From contig MU053376.1 of assembly GCA_013239625.1 (NCBI GenBank), forward strand, positions 892,833 through 956,832: DNA of 64,000 bases. The letters are read 5' to 3'. Position 1 is the stretch's first letter. The number at the start of each line of letters is the position of its first letter. A model generated the notes under the pieces. It was not told the origin of the DNA. It made no database searches and was given only the letters and a program-made list of their open reading frames with translations. The translations under genes were made by a program, and so were the position numbers. Positions 1-12,700 of this stretch are shown here, piece after piece. The stretch is from Lama guanicoe. Its lineage: Eukaryota.

Positions 1-1299
1 CAAGTTTTCCAGACTCCTCCCAGTGTGAGCTGGAGAGGGCAGGTTTAGGACCCTTGCCCCGAGTACATACCGCTTACCTTCCTCACTGGCTGGCTGGAAA
101 TTACTATGTGCAAAGCACATAGGGAAGGAAAGTACTTTCTCTTTCTGAAGTTCATGTGTGCCTGTGAGTTTGTGTCCAAGATCCTTAGAAAAATCCACAA
201 AGGAGTGGGTGGACTCCAGAGCCAAGTTCACAGAATCTCCCAGGTCCTTGTGTCTCATCGAAGCAAGTTTATGATCATCTCTGGGCCCAACCACTGGTCA
301 TTTAGGCAACCACAAGCCATCACTTTAGTCCATAGACTCAAACCTACCACAGTGGTTCAGGCAAGAAAACCACGAGGAACGCTAACAGGCTCCCTCCCAG
401 AAAGACCCTATGTGGAAAGTTAATTACCTTCTTGAAGCTTTTGTAGCCAAAGAGACCCGAGGGGCCACAGACTCATAACCCTGGACTCTCAGAGACCTGT
501 CAGCATTTCTGTCCTGGGTCGGCGGGATGGGGTGAGGCTGACAGTGGGCCAGCAAGACAGACAGCAAACTGCCTCCGACCTCAGGGACGCAGGGACGAGG
601 AACATTAGGGGACCTAACTGTAGTCGGCCTCTTCCCGCTGTGTCTGAGAGAAACCCGGGGTGGGGCGAGGTGGGGGTGGAGAGGTGTGAAATGATGTTTA
701 AGTGAGAGCAGGCAAGCCGGACTGCGTTTGGAGAAAGCCCATCCCTGCATACTCGGTCATCTGCCCCATTTCTGAAATAGAATTCTTCTGCCGACTTTGA
801 GTGGCTGGCCTCTCACCCGTGGCCAAACCAGTTTCCTCCCGATTAGAGCTAGGAGTCTCGGGAACCGCCTTGCAGGGGAGTTGTCCGTTTCTGAGCGAGG
901 CTGGAGGACGTAGCGTGGAAGTTGCACAAAATGTGGCCTCTAGTCCAGAGTGAGAGGCACTTGGACCCGTGCTCGCCTGATGAGCAGGTGCGGCCCTGGC
1001 ATTAGTCCTAGCAGAAGTGGTGAGTGTCAGTGTACCCTGGCCTTTCAGAGTTGCTGTTACCGTGTGCGTTAGGAATCTGGAAACATGCTAAACGGGTCAA
1101 TTAAGAATGGTGTTCGCAGACCGCAGTAACTGCCCTGCAGCCTTGCAAAAATGCCTTCCGCCATTCAGAGTCCATGTGTGGGGTCACGTGTGACTGAAGT
1201 CATCATGTCCTCCGTTTCCTTTGGTTCTTGAGAAACTAAGTCACTTTGATGGGATCTGGCTGAGCCCACCTTACCCCACATCCCACTTGGTTTTTGCTT

Positions 1300-1424
1300 T
1301 GTTTTTTACTGCGTATCATTGCCGTCGGTGAGTTTTTGGTGTACAGCATAATGATCTAAGATATGTGTATACTGTGAAATGATTACCGCGGTGAGTTTAG
1401 TCTGTCACCACACATAGTTACAAA
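1300..1424 (-). mobile_element. L1MA/MB-type 3' end fragment
   Basis: tgtacagcataatgat...tgtatactgtgaaatgattacc...cacatagttac resembles the antisense 3'UTR of old mammalian L1. Confidence 0.6.
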
Positions 1425-1984
1425 GTCCACTTGGTTTGAACAGCCTTCTGTGTCCAGACTTCACAGAAAATTCTTTGACCTTTGCAGTGAGGTTTGAAGG
1501 TCATGTTTGAACTTCACAGGGTACCGTCAGGAATGGAAAGCTACACTTAATTTCTAAATTGTCCATATGGCCACTTTCCTGGAATTGTGACTTCTCTCCC
1601 AAGAGAAAGGAGTCTTGTGGAGATGGCTGTCAGGCTGTGTCAGAACCAGCATTGGCAAGGTGGTGGAGCAAACAGGTCTTTGCAGACGTTAAACCAACTT
1701 CTCTGCCAAAGGTGGGGACCACCATCCACACACAGGTTGAAGTGACTCCTTCATCCCAGTGCCCAGCTGGCACGTGGTCAAGCCAATATCCATGTGACCC
1801 CCAGCTGGTATCAGAAAAAAACACCCCAGGTTTACCATAGCATATTGGGATTCAAATGGTTGTTAATCAGTAAATAATCAGTGACCACCTGTTGTGTGAC
1901 CAGCATCGTGCAAGCACTAGGGGGTTTGAAGAATCTTTGATAGTCAGGACCCGGGAAAGAGAACAATTAAATGTTACATCATGT

Positions 1985-2235
1985 GGAGTACTTGGGGGTG
2001 AAATCAGAGTATGGAGGTTGGTGTGGGCATTTGCTGAGGCAGCCATCTGAAAACAGGAGCAGCAGATGCAAAGGCCCTGAGGCAGGACTGGGAGTGTCCT
2101 GTGTGGCTGAAGTGTACGGGATAGTGGAAGATGGGGCTGATGGAGCCCGACAGGCCAGGATACGGTATGGAGGTGTTTTCCTACTAGTAACGAGCAGCAT
2201 TGGAGATTGAAGCGAGGAAGCGAGCTGATCCTACA
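1985..2235 (-). mobile_element. L2 fragment
   Basis: Diagnostic tgcaaaggccctgaggcagga in L2-like context. Confidence 0.6.
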
Positions 2236-3768
2236 TGGGAGTTGGGAAGATCTCTGACACTGTGTGGGAAATGGCCCCTGGGAGCAGGCATGGCAGCAGG
2301 GACGGGACTTCCCCACAGCGTACCTGGGTCAGGGTAGTCACGAGCCACGTTCTTCTGGGACTCAGCTGCTTTTCAGCCTGGGGCCGCCTGGGCAGCCAGA
2401 GCGCGGAGAGCCTGGAAGAGCTTGTTTATCAGTCTTCATTGTTTATTGAGACTATCTCGGTGCAGTGCACTTGGCTGGATGCTGCGAAGACTATAAAGAC
2501 AGTGTCTCTGCCCAAAAAGAGCAAAGGGTAGGATCGCACCCAGGTACCTGCCCCCACAAAACGGCGTGTGATGCAGACCCTGGAGCATGGCAGGTCTGCC
2601 CTCTGTCTCTTGTGCTTCTTCCCCGGAGGAAGCTCTGAGTCTTGGCTCTGACTTCGTCGGCTTTCAGTTCTCCCAGGGTTGTCTGGCTCTCCCAGGGGCC
2701 ATTCTGCTTGCTCTGCTGGCCCCAGGGTCACATGGGGTGTGTTCTGGCCCTCTGATCCTTCCAGTCCTCTGAGTCTTGGTTTCCATGGAAGGCTGCATCT
2801 TGGGAGGTGTCACTTTTGTTCTCAAGTCCATAGAAAAGAAGAAGGCAAGTGACTCCTACCCACCCCACCCCTCCCGATCCTTAACCTTAGCCACTGGTCA
2901 TCCAGGACCCCATCAGATGGCCCCTGAGCTCCTGGTTCCCAGCCCCGCCCACCTGCCCCTCGCATCACGAAAGGGTCTGCCCACTTTGAGACAGGTCTAC
3001 ACACGTCCAGACAGGGACAGCAAGGGGCGCACTGTCAGGGGGTCTCCACGTGCAGAAGTGGTCTGGAAGCAGCATGAAGCCCCAGCCTCGCTGCCAGCCC
3101 AGCTTGGGGTACCCAGGCAGGGGCCGTCCTTGATGTCAGGGAGCACACAGCCCAGCTAGGGAGGGGAGACGTGAGGAAGCACAGGGCATCCCAGGCATCT
3201 GCACCCCGCCTGGGACCCACTGCCAGGAAGCCTGACTGGCTTCAGGGCTGTGCTGAGGGGAAGAGTCCCTGCCCTGGGCTGCGCAGGCCCACGAAGGTGT
3301 TCTTACAGGGTTTTTGCCATGAGACCACTGCCCCTGTTCCCTGATGGGTAGCGTGCCGACTCCCGTTTCTTCACTCCTGACTCGTCCAGGGGGCATCGTA
3401 GCCAGTCCTTGGCCTCCCTCAGTCCCCACCAGGCTGGGCCCAGCCGTCTGGTGTGCAAGAATGCCCGGCCTCATCCTTAGGGAACTTCCCTTCCTAAAGG
3501 GCCTGCTCAGCCTTCTGCTGCTTATTCTACTCCCTGCCCCCCTTTCCCTGCTTCTTTTCTGACCTTTTGACCTTGGCTTTTTAATTACTTTCTCTCTGTC
3601 CCTGTAGCAGGGTAGTTAGGGCCAGAGGGCTGCTGGGCGGTAGCATCAGGCCGCAGGAGCAACCCGGACGTGAAGTAGCTGAAGTTTTTCCCTCGCCTCC
3701 CCGTCCTCCCCTCCTCACCTTCTCAGTGTGAAATCAGTCATGCGTTTGCTTCTGGCCCTCCCCCCCAG

Positions 3769-3900
3769 CTTACACCAACAACCAGGCGGACATCGCCACC
3801 CAGGGCTGGTTCATCGGGCTTATGTGTGCCATCGCACTCCTGGTGCTGATCCTGCTCATCGTCTGTTTCATCAAGAGGAGTCGAGGCGGCAAGTACCCAG
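3769..3900 (+). CDS. NFASC: Neurofascin transmembrane exon (132 nt)
   Basis: Flanked by ccccccag| and |gtgaga. Translates (A)[43 protein letters not shown], the L1-family TM helix plus RGGKY motif. Upstream NFASC exons lie outside the window. Confidence 0.97.
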
Positions 3901-6021
3901 GTGAGACGTGTGGGAGGAGCGGGCGTGGAGGGCGGGGCCAGCCAGCTTTCCTATGAGCCACCAGTGAGCCCAGGTCCCTGGCCAGATCTTGGGGGGCGCC
4001 ATTCTTTCAATGAGCACAGCCCTTGCCAAGCTTGGACATCCAGTCCTCTGGCCTGTTCTGCGTGTCTTAGAGTTGCCAGAAAGCACTTGAGTTAATTAAG
4101 CTCGCCTGAGGTGGGCGTATGGTGCAGTCCAGGCAGCCATAGAGGGGATAGAGGAACCCTGGCTCCCATGAAGAATGGCCTTCCCTCCCCTGACTCACCA
4201 CCCATCTGCTCAGTAATTGGCTTTTTTCAGCCTGAATCTCATTAGGATCCTCTGTCCCAGGGAAAGAGGAAGGAGAGATGCATTTTCTCTAACCATGAGA
4301 CAGACTGGAGCGTGGTGGGGTCTGAACAGAAGCAGCACATCATGGGAGGGGCTGCAGAGCTGGGCCCTCAGCGCGACTGGGTGGAGATCACAGATACCTG
4401 AACAGAGGGTCAGATGCTCCGACGTGAGGAGCAGGCAGAGGCTGGGGGTGGGGTGCAGCGATAGGGACCCTCAGCCCTTAAAGGGCTTCGGGCTTCCGCA
4501 GAGTCCCAGAGAGGCATTTCTCTTCTGTGGCCTCAAGATCGTCCAGCCCAGACAAACCAAGGTCAAGGACAAGGACCTCTGGCTTTTTTGTTTCTGGAAA
4601 TATTGATTGTTTTTCAAACAGGGGCAAGAAAGCCATCTGTCTGATGGGGTGGGTAGGGTGACAGGAGACAGGATAATGGATCACCCTGAGACTGAAAGTC
4701 TGGCTGGACTACAAGATGAAATTGCTCCCTGCCCCTAGAGCCATTGCCAGACACACCCTGTGCTCCCCGGATGCCAGCTTCTCCCGCTCTCCGTGAACAA
4801 GTCCTCCCCCACGACCCCCTAAAACTCAACTCGGAGCGGAGATTCTGGTTTCTTTTCTCCCCTGCCACATACCCGCAGGCCCTAGGATTCTAAAGAGTCG
4901 TGCCTCTCCTTCAACTGAGGGAGGGCAGGAGTTACACTTCTTTATTGGTGAATGATGGGTTTTGTTTGTTTGTTTGTTTTTTGCTTCGTTGTGCTGCATT
5001 GGGGTTGTTATCCTTCTGTTAAGAGAGAAAGACAGAGTCAGGGAGAAGGGCGGCCTGACGGAGTTCACTCCCTGCTCCCAGTGGAACTGGAACACCTGAG
5101 AACTGATCAAATAAACCCTGAGCCTCCTCTGCCCATTCCAGAAAGTTCTTCTTACAGCTAATCTTTCCTCCAGCTGCAGGGGAAGCCCCTAGTCCATCAG
5201 GAAGATGAGTGAACCAGGATCCGTGCGGCCTGGGCTCCTCTCTGGACTTTGTTCAGTTACTAATTAGTTATGTGACATCTTCAAGGTCTCGCTTCCTAAA
5301 ATAGGGGTGATTTTCCAGCCTTGTACCTCGGAAGGAAACATTCAGAGTCATTCACCTAAGTGTCTGCTGTGTGCCAGGCCCTGTGTTCCATGCTAAGGAC
5401 ACTAGGAGAGGTGACCTGTCCCTCAAGGACATCACAGCTGGCACAGTAGGAGGGTTGCAGCCCAGTAAGACAGGGCCCTGGAGGACCCAGACACAACACA
5501 GGGGAGGCGTGGGACAAGGGAGTCACACAGAGGTCAGAGTTAGGGGAGCACCTTCCATTCCAGTGGTGTGTGTGGAACGTCCCCTCTGCCCAGGGCGCTC
5601 TGCTGGGAGCTTTGAAGAAACACGCAGCTCCCCATCCTCAAGAGAAGAACTGGCATTCCGTTACGGGCATAAGAAACGTGCACAAAAAAATTATAACACA
5701 GAACAGGATGAGAAAGATGCCAAGGGAAGACCACATCCCTTTGGGGTTTGGGGAAGACCTCATGGAGAGGTGGTGGGGAGCCGCGTGGGAGGTTTTCGTT
5801 GTCAGTGGAGATGGAAGGAAAGAACCAGTGATGGGGAGGAGGAGGCAGATGCTCTTGGCAGCTGATTAAATGTGAGAAGGAAGAACAAGGCGGGCATCGA
5901 TGTGCCTTTTTGGGAGGGAGTCACTGGACCCAGAGGCGGTGTCTCCTGGAGGAACGGTCAGGGCCCAGCGGAGCAACAACACCCTTAATCATCTGTGTCT
6001 CTTCTTCTCTTACTGACCAAG

Positions 6022-6091
6022 TGCGAGAAAAGAAGGATGTTCCCCTTGGCCCCGAGGACCCCAAAGAAGAGGATGGATCCTTTGATTACAG
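6022..6091 (+). CDS. NFASC: Neurofascin cytoplasmic exon (70 nt)
   Basis: ccaag| acceptor and |gtgtgt donor. Translates (V)[22 protein letters not shown](S/R); phases match the flanking exons. Confidence 0.96.
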
Positions 6092-7753
6092 GTGTGTGAT
6101 CTCCTGGGCTCCTGCTCACACACAACACCCCGCTGTCGGGTGGGCTCTCCCCACTGCCCCGGAGGCAGCCCCCTCCCCTCCAAGCTGCTCAGCCGGCCTG
6201 AGAGGCCACTGCATGGATGTCCCTGCCCGTGGGGCTGTCACCTCTGCCTCTCTGATAGCGCCCCACTGCCCAGCCCAGGAGGGAGCACTGCCCAACACAC
6301 ATACACTCATTTGATGAACAGCATTTCGTTCATTCAACCACACAACTCAGATTAATACTTCATTCTTTATATGTGTGTTTCCACCTTTTTGCTCTGAGAG
6401 TGGGTTCCAGGCCCCCCCTGCTGTGCAGTGAGCTCTGCTCTCGGTTTCCTCCCTGCCCACACTCCACCCTAACCCTGAAGATGATGACCCAGGAAGTCAC
6501 ATTGTCCTAAAGCCTCGACTAGGTGAGGGATGGAGGCCGGGGGAGGGCAGGGGCGTGGTGTTCCAGGCCTTCTCCTCACGAACAGGAATGACCTCTCTGG
6601 GCTGCAGCCTGGAATAGGGCTTGGCGAGGCATCTGGTCCAGGGCCTGTGTCCCAGATGAGAGGACCGAGGCGCCCAAGATTCCCGCACTCGCGCCCCTGT
6701 GAGCTCGTGGCAGAGCTGGAGAGGCCAGGGGCCCGACGGCCAGCGACTGCCTTTGTCCTGTGCCCATGCTCCCTCTCAGATCTGGACGGGCCTTTGTATC
6801 TGGCTTCCCGAAGTTGTAATCTGTCCATTTTAATGGCAAGTGCACTTTGGGCAAAGGAACGATGCAGAGTGGGTCGTGGAAGTCTCATTCCCAGACCAAG
6901 TGTGAAGGGAGGAAATGCTTTGATCAAAGCCCTCCTTCCCCACCCCCACCCCATCATCCTCTGGGACCAAGTTACCCCATCGTCCTCTGACCTCGCCTTA
7001 TCCTATCTCTGGCCTCTGCCACTCGCCCATCAGCAGCCTCTCTAGCAGGATCAGACCAATGGGCAGCGGAGCCACTGCGCACATAGGAGCCCATCTGGTG
7101 GCTTATAGACAGCATCTATCCATCCAGTCCCTGCATCCCCGTGAGCTCCCCAAAGGGCAGGTGAGAGAGGCCCACCCCCGGCTGTCCTCAGCACCCCTGA
7201 TGGGGCCCAGCTTCCCCGTGGGTCGAGAGCTACTCCCTGGCCATCAGTTCTAAAGGCCTTCTCCCCTCAGCGCAGCCCAGGATGGGGTGAGGATGTCCTC
7301 AAATAAAGGGCTGAGTAACCTGAGCTGTGAGAAGCCACTTCCGCAGGCACCTCTGCTCCCCCAGACACCAAAGCTGTCAAAAACACCTGCCTCCTCCCCA
7401 CTCCAACCTTCTGGCCCATGGACACTGAGGCTGGGCACACACGTGGTGGCGCATGCATGAGCTCACGCACCGTGCACACACATGTACACACACACACACA
7501 CGCCCTTTGGCTTTGGCTCTGAGGAGGCCTGCAGTGCCCATCCGAGAGCCCCCACTTGGATGAGTCCAAGAATCTGAACCTGGGAAAGGGCTGAAATTCA
7601 CACATTAGGGGTAAAACCAAGTTTCTGGGTGGGACAGGCCAGAGGGCCAGGCAGATCGGCTCACCCTGCTATCTGGCGCCACGCTGCCCGTGCACCTCTC
7701 TGGTGGGGCTCTCTCTGCTTCTCTCTCCTTGTCTGTCCACCTGGTTCTCGAAG

Positions 7754-7765
7754 GTCTCCTGGAAG
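7754..7765 (+). CDS. NFASC: Candidate 12-nt microexon at the L1-family RSLE position (would encode R-S-P-G)
   Basis: Pyrimidine tract ~7709-7749, then aag|gtctcctggaag|gtaggc. Frame-preserving, and located between the FDY and SDED exons where L1CAM-family genes carry the RSLE exon. Confidence 0.6.
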
Positions 7766-9486
7766 GTAGGCTGAGGTGGCTAGACCCTCGTCATTCGGCT
7801 TCTTTCAAGCTTCCCTTAGGGGAGGTCTGTTCTTTCCAGACCTAGATCCCCTTTCCCCGAGAGAACTGGACACATGGAAACCCCTCCCCCTGCCTCCCAC
7901 CTGGGCTGGGCCATCCTGTCCAGTGGTTGCAGTTAGCTTGGGGGGCCTGGAATTCCTGAGAACCACATAGACACGATTGGCACGTCCTGCAGGGGGTGTG
8001 GAGGGCTCTGGGGGGAGGGTGCCTGTGCGAAAAGATTGGCAGGTGGGGTAAGGAGCCTGGCCATTAGAATCTACTGATTCTCAAAATGTAAGTTCCGCCG
8101 CCTGAACTGATGCAGCCAAACCCGGAGACCCACTCGCCTCCTTGGCCGCCTCCCCCACGGCTCTGCCATCACAGAACACAGTCAGGCCGGGTAATGGGGC
8201 CACAATCGCTCAGCGCGTGGCAGGAGTGGGCTGAGAGCTTTCCATCTACTGACGCCCAGCTTCCCCGGCTCTGGCTCACCGCCCTCCCCTGCCAGCTGTC
8301 TTTGCCCAGCTCCGAGGTTAGAAGCGAGAACTCACTGCTCACCACAATGGCAACTCAGCCATCGTTTGCCGCAGGCCCAGGAAGGGCTAAGTGTGGCCTG
8401 GGGCAGCGGAGGGGGTGGGGTGTCAGCTCAGACTGCCTGGCACCGCCGTGGTCCTGTCTGCTGGGACCCAGACTCCTACTGCTGGTCCGGCTACCTCCTG
8501 CCTGGGACCTCGTCTCTCCTCTGAAGAACAGCCAGCAGCACCTGGTCCCTGCCTCTGAGCCTAAAAGAGCAGAGTTTTCCAGCCAGGGAAAGGGATGCGG
8601 TGCCTGAGCAGATGTCTAGCCCACTCGGGGTGCCTCACTTCCTGGGGGCACAGTGGGCTTCTCAGCGGGTAGATGCCTCTTTAACTCCCAGCTCTCTTTG
8701 CACAAGGGAGCTTGAGGGCAGGGCCTGGGGCTGGGAGGACCCTCTGAGCCGTGCTAGTTTTGTCTCAGGTGGCTGGCCCCTCCTCCCTCTTCCCCTTGCT
8801 AGCCCCTAAGCAGCAGTGTCTGTTTGTATATGAACCAGAGCTGGGAGTAACACCACCAAGACAGAGGAGGGAAAAGGCTTGGGAGAGGTTTGTCTCTTTA
8901 AGGCCCAGACCCTTGCTTTTTGCCAAGGGCAGAGCTTTCCAGATAGAGTCTCAGATTATGGAGAGTCAAAGCTAGTTGAATCCTCTTGCTGGAGGAACTG
9001 AGGCCCAGTGAGAAAGAGAGGCTCTCCCAAGGCCACAGAACCACACAGTGACACCTCGGGACCAGAACGCCAAGTCCTTGACAGCCCTCAGTCCTTGACC
9101 CTTCCTGTCCCGCCTGCTCTACAAGCAGCTGGCTGTGCCTCATCATGGGGCAGTGTCCTCTGCCTGCTCCCGCCCCAGAGAGCAGCCCACCCCCATGGAG
9201 AGGACCCCAGACCAGGCGTCCAGGAGTTTGGCACCATCCCAGCTCTGCTCCGCATTCCCCCTCACCTGGGAGAAGATGCCGTCCTCCCTAGGCCCCAGCT
9301 TCCCTTCTGTAGAACTGGCCGGCCAGGGAGGGCGATGGAGGGCTGGGCTGGGTCAGCCCTGGGGTCCCATCCTCTGAGCTAAGGAGCACTCATGCCTGGC
9401 AGGAGGCTGGAGGCCCTCTCCCGCCCCACCTGGGCTTGGGCTGCACTGGGTGGGCCGGCCCTGATTCTCTGTCTCTCTCCGGCCAG

Positions 9487-9718
9487 TGATGAGGACAACA
9501 AGCCCTTGCAGGGCAGCCAGACATCCCTGGACGGCACCATCAAACAGCAAGAGAGCGATGACAGCCTGGTGGACTATGGCGAGGGCGGTGAGGGCCAGTT
9601 CAACGAGGACGGCTCCTTTATCGGCCAGTACACAGTCAAGAAGGACAAGGAGGAGACAGAGGGCAACGAGAGCTCGGAGGCCACGTCGCCTGTCAACGCC
9701 ATCTATTCTCTGGCCTAA
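9487..9718 (+). CDS. NFASC: Neurofascin terminal coding exon
   Basis: ctctctccggccag| acceptor. Translates (S)[76 protein letters not shown], with the FIGQY motif and PDZ-type C-terminus; TAA at 9716-9718. Confidence 0.98.
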
Positions 9719-12700
9719 CGGAGCCCCCGAGGCACAGCCACTACTTTGCAAGTGGGAAGAAGGGAGAGGGGGAGACGAGCCACTGCAGACCGACCACAAA
9801 GCCGCCACCACCTTCAGGGACAAGGGTACCACAGGGACGTCTGCCAAGCTGTGAGGATCAGTGCCCACCCAGCCAACCGCTAGCCCCCTCCCGATGACCC
9901 CCGGCATCCCGGGGTGCCAGCTGTGGGCGAGCTGGAGCCATGGCTCTGCCGGAGGGAGCCCGGGTCCCTCGCTCAGCCTCACAGCCACCCCGAGCCTCCA
10001 CCCACGCTGCCCGCCCTCGGCCTCAGCACAGCTCCTCACCAGTTTCTCTTGGTTACAGTACTTCTCGTTGTCTTTTATTTTCGCTTTGTCCATCTTCCCT
10101 TCCAAACCCAACATTTCCCTTTCCTCTTCCCTTTGAAGAAATGTCCCTGGAAAAAGAAAGAACAGGTGGATTCTCCCCCAGGAAACTGCAAAGATAGGCA
10201 AAAAGGACGGACCGTAAACGAACATAGTATTCAAACCGCTGCTGGGCCAACGTATTTCCGAAGGATGCCTTTCTCGCCGTATGCCTCCCCGGGCCCCCAG
10301 CCCATCTGCCTCAGCCTTGCCGGTTTGCTGAGCTGGGCTTGGCTCCCTTCTGGAAAATGACAGTATTTTTGGCAGGGAGAGGGTGGGCAGGCCGCCTTGC
10401 CTGGCTCTGGTTCAGCTGGGAGGTGGGCTTACCTCTTGCTCCTCGCTCTTCCCCTGCCCCTTCCTCCAGAGTATCCAGCACAAGAGCTGCGCTGACTGAA
10501 GGAGTTTGAGGAACAGGAGTGGGTGATGACGGGAAGGACTTCAGCTCCGGTGACCGTGTACCTCAAGCAGAAGACAACCAGGCATCTGGTCCCTGGGGAG
10601 CTGTGCCCACCTCGAGAGACAAGGACAAGGGCTGGGTTTGGGCTTCCTTCCTCTCCATCAGTGAAACTCAGGACGTGGGAGAGAGGGCCACGCCCACTGG
10701 GTCCAGAGTCGAGGGTGCCCCCCACCTGGCGGGGTCCGCGCTGCCCTCCAAGAGCTGGACCCCTGTGATGTGAAGTGTGCTGCTTGGGGGTGGAAAGCAC
10801 TGCTCCCACTGTCGTCTCTGTATGATGTTGAAACCGGTGTCTTACCGTGTGTGGATGGGGCCCTGCTGCCCCCGCAAGTGGGCCGCCGTGTCCTTCCCTT
10901 CGGGTGTTCACACATCGGGAGACCCCTGCAAGAGCGCGGCACCAGCAGGAGGACTCAGCGCTCTTCGTATGCCTTATGCAGCTCTGACCTGTCCCTGCAG
11001 TTCCCAGCCCCTCCCTGCAAGCCTTGACGCCTCCAGCGACGTCTGTCTCGAGGAGAACGGGGCGGCCTATGCAAGTGTCACAGCAGAGCCAGAAGCAGCC
11101 TCTCGAGTCGTGCCCAGCAGCCCGTTGCCCCAGATGGAAACACTCAAGGACCTGCAGTTCTTAGAGACCCAAGGCACCGCCTTCATCCTCCCCACCTAAT
11201 CCATTTTAAAACCAAAGGTACCTAGCCTCAGAGAGAGAGAGAGAGATCTTGAGCCTAAGAGTAACCCTTCAGCTGTTGCTGCAGCTAGCGTCGGTTTCAG
11301 GAGGGTGAAGCAGACCCCCAGGACTGGACCACCTGCCACAGACACAGCCTCTGATTGGAGCCTCCAGCTGCTTGCCAGGGAGCCTGGGCAGGAGCAGGGC
11401 TGTATCTTTCAGAGATTTTATTGAAGCATCATTTGCCAGAAGTTCAAGCCGCAAAGGTATTAGCAATGCTTGCATCACTTAATAATCAGTCAGCTGAAGG
11501 TCAAGCCCGCTGACACACGTACTCTGTCTGCAGGTAAGAAAATGTAGCCCGGAGCTGAGCCAGTTTTGTTTGAACCTGAGAGCGAGTAACCATCCTTTGG
11601 CCCAAGCCGTAGCCAGGTGTGCTGCCCGGAAGCCTGAGGGGCAGCTCTCTCTTGGCAGAAGGGGACAGGGTGAACAGTAGGGGGCTAGGGAGCCACTCTG
11701 GGGTCCCCTCCCCTGGTTTTCCTCTGACACCTGCCTAGATCCAGCTGGGCATTCCTGCAGCCTAGGCCCAGCCTCCCTGAAGGGACTGTCAGGGAAGTGT
11801 GCCTGTGACCTGAATGAAAAGACTGGCTTTTCCAGAAAACACTCTGGAGCTGAGCAGAGTCATCAGTTTCTCAGGCCCTCATCCCACACTGCACCCTCTG
11901 CGCCAGGGAACTCATTGCACCAGAAACAGGCTCTTTGGGCCAGAAGGACTGTGGGATGTCGTCACACCCATCCCCTGCCTCTAGAAAGTCCCCCACACAA
12001 CTGATAATGGGGGAGGGAGAGAGGGAGGGCTCCTGCTGCCAGAGGGTCTTGGGCAGAGGCGAGTCCTCAGCCTGTCTTTGCTCCTTGGCTGTGCCCTGCC
12101 AGGCCCCATACCCCCACTTTGCGTACAAAGATAGTGCCGTCAGCCCCCTCCCAGGTCCGTCTTGCTGAGATGTACCCATCCCAACACGTGATCACGACTT
12201 TCCTGGCAGGCAGGAGCAAACCCGGGCCTGAACAACCAAGTGTACCCCAAGCAAAGATGGCAGGTGCTCAGAGAGGTGTGTGTGCTGCAGGGTGAGGGAG
12301 GTAGCCCCCGCCAGGAAGAGGAAAGTCGATTTCCCATGGAGCCCAGAGTCCACCCGGCTCAGTGGGAAGGCAGTATTGTCCAGCACTCCCTGCCGGCTGG
12401 GGCTCTCAAGCAGCCACCCCAAACATACCAACAACAGTGCCAGGAGAGGGCGATTCCACTGGTGCTCCGGCCTGTCTGCAGGGGCAGGAGGCGTAGGTCA
12501 TCGCGCAGTGGCTCCAGGAATTCACTGCCTGTGCTGTGGTCTCACATTCCGTGCTCGGCCGGCAGGGCTGCGGCTTCCTGGGCTCTCAATTGTCCTCTTG
12601 TTCACTCAGCACATACTCTTGAACAGCCAGTCTGAGCCGGGGACACCACGGTGAATAGTCAGGTGTGGCCCCTGCCGTCACAGAGCTGGCAGTCCTGGGG

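Noticed and set aside
840..1200. Complex CpG-containing segment with a perfect GTGAGT donor-like site at 1020
   Set aside because: No convincing acceptor and no neurofascin-like reading frame, so it cannot be supported as an exon.
5910..6314. 134-aa ORF extending the NFASC 70-nt exon into the intron
   Set aside because: Only 6022-6091 is neurofascin-like. The rest is ordinary open intron, with no nearby poly(A) signal to support an alternative last exon.
9353..10234. 293-aa minus-strand ORF
   Set aside because: Antisense shadow of the NFASC last exon and GC-rich UTR, with no recognisable domain.
10930..10965. Inverted repeat aagagcgc...gcgctctt in the NFASC 3'UTR
   Set aside because: An 8-bp stem is expected by chance in 64 kb and is too short for a pre-miRNA.
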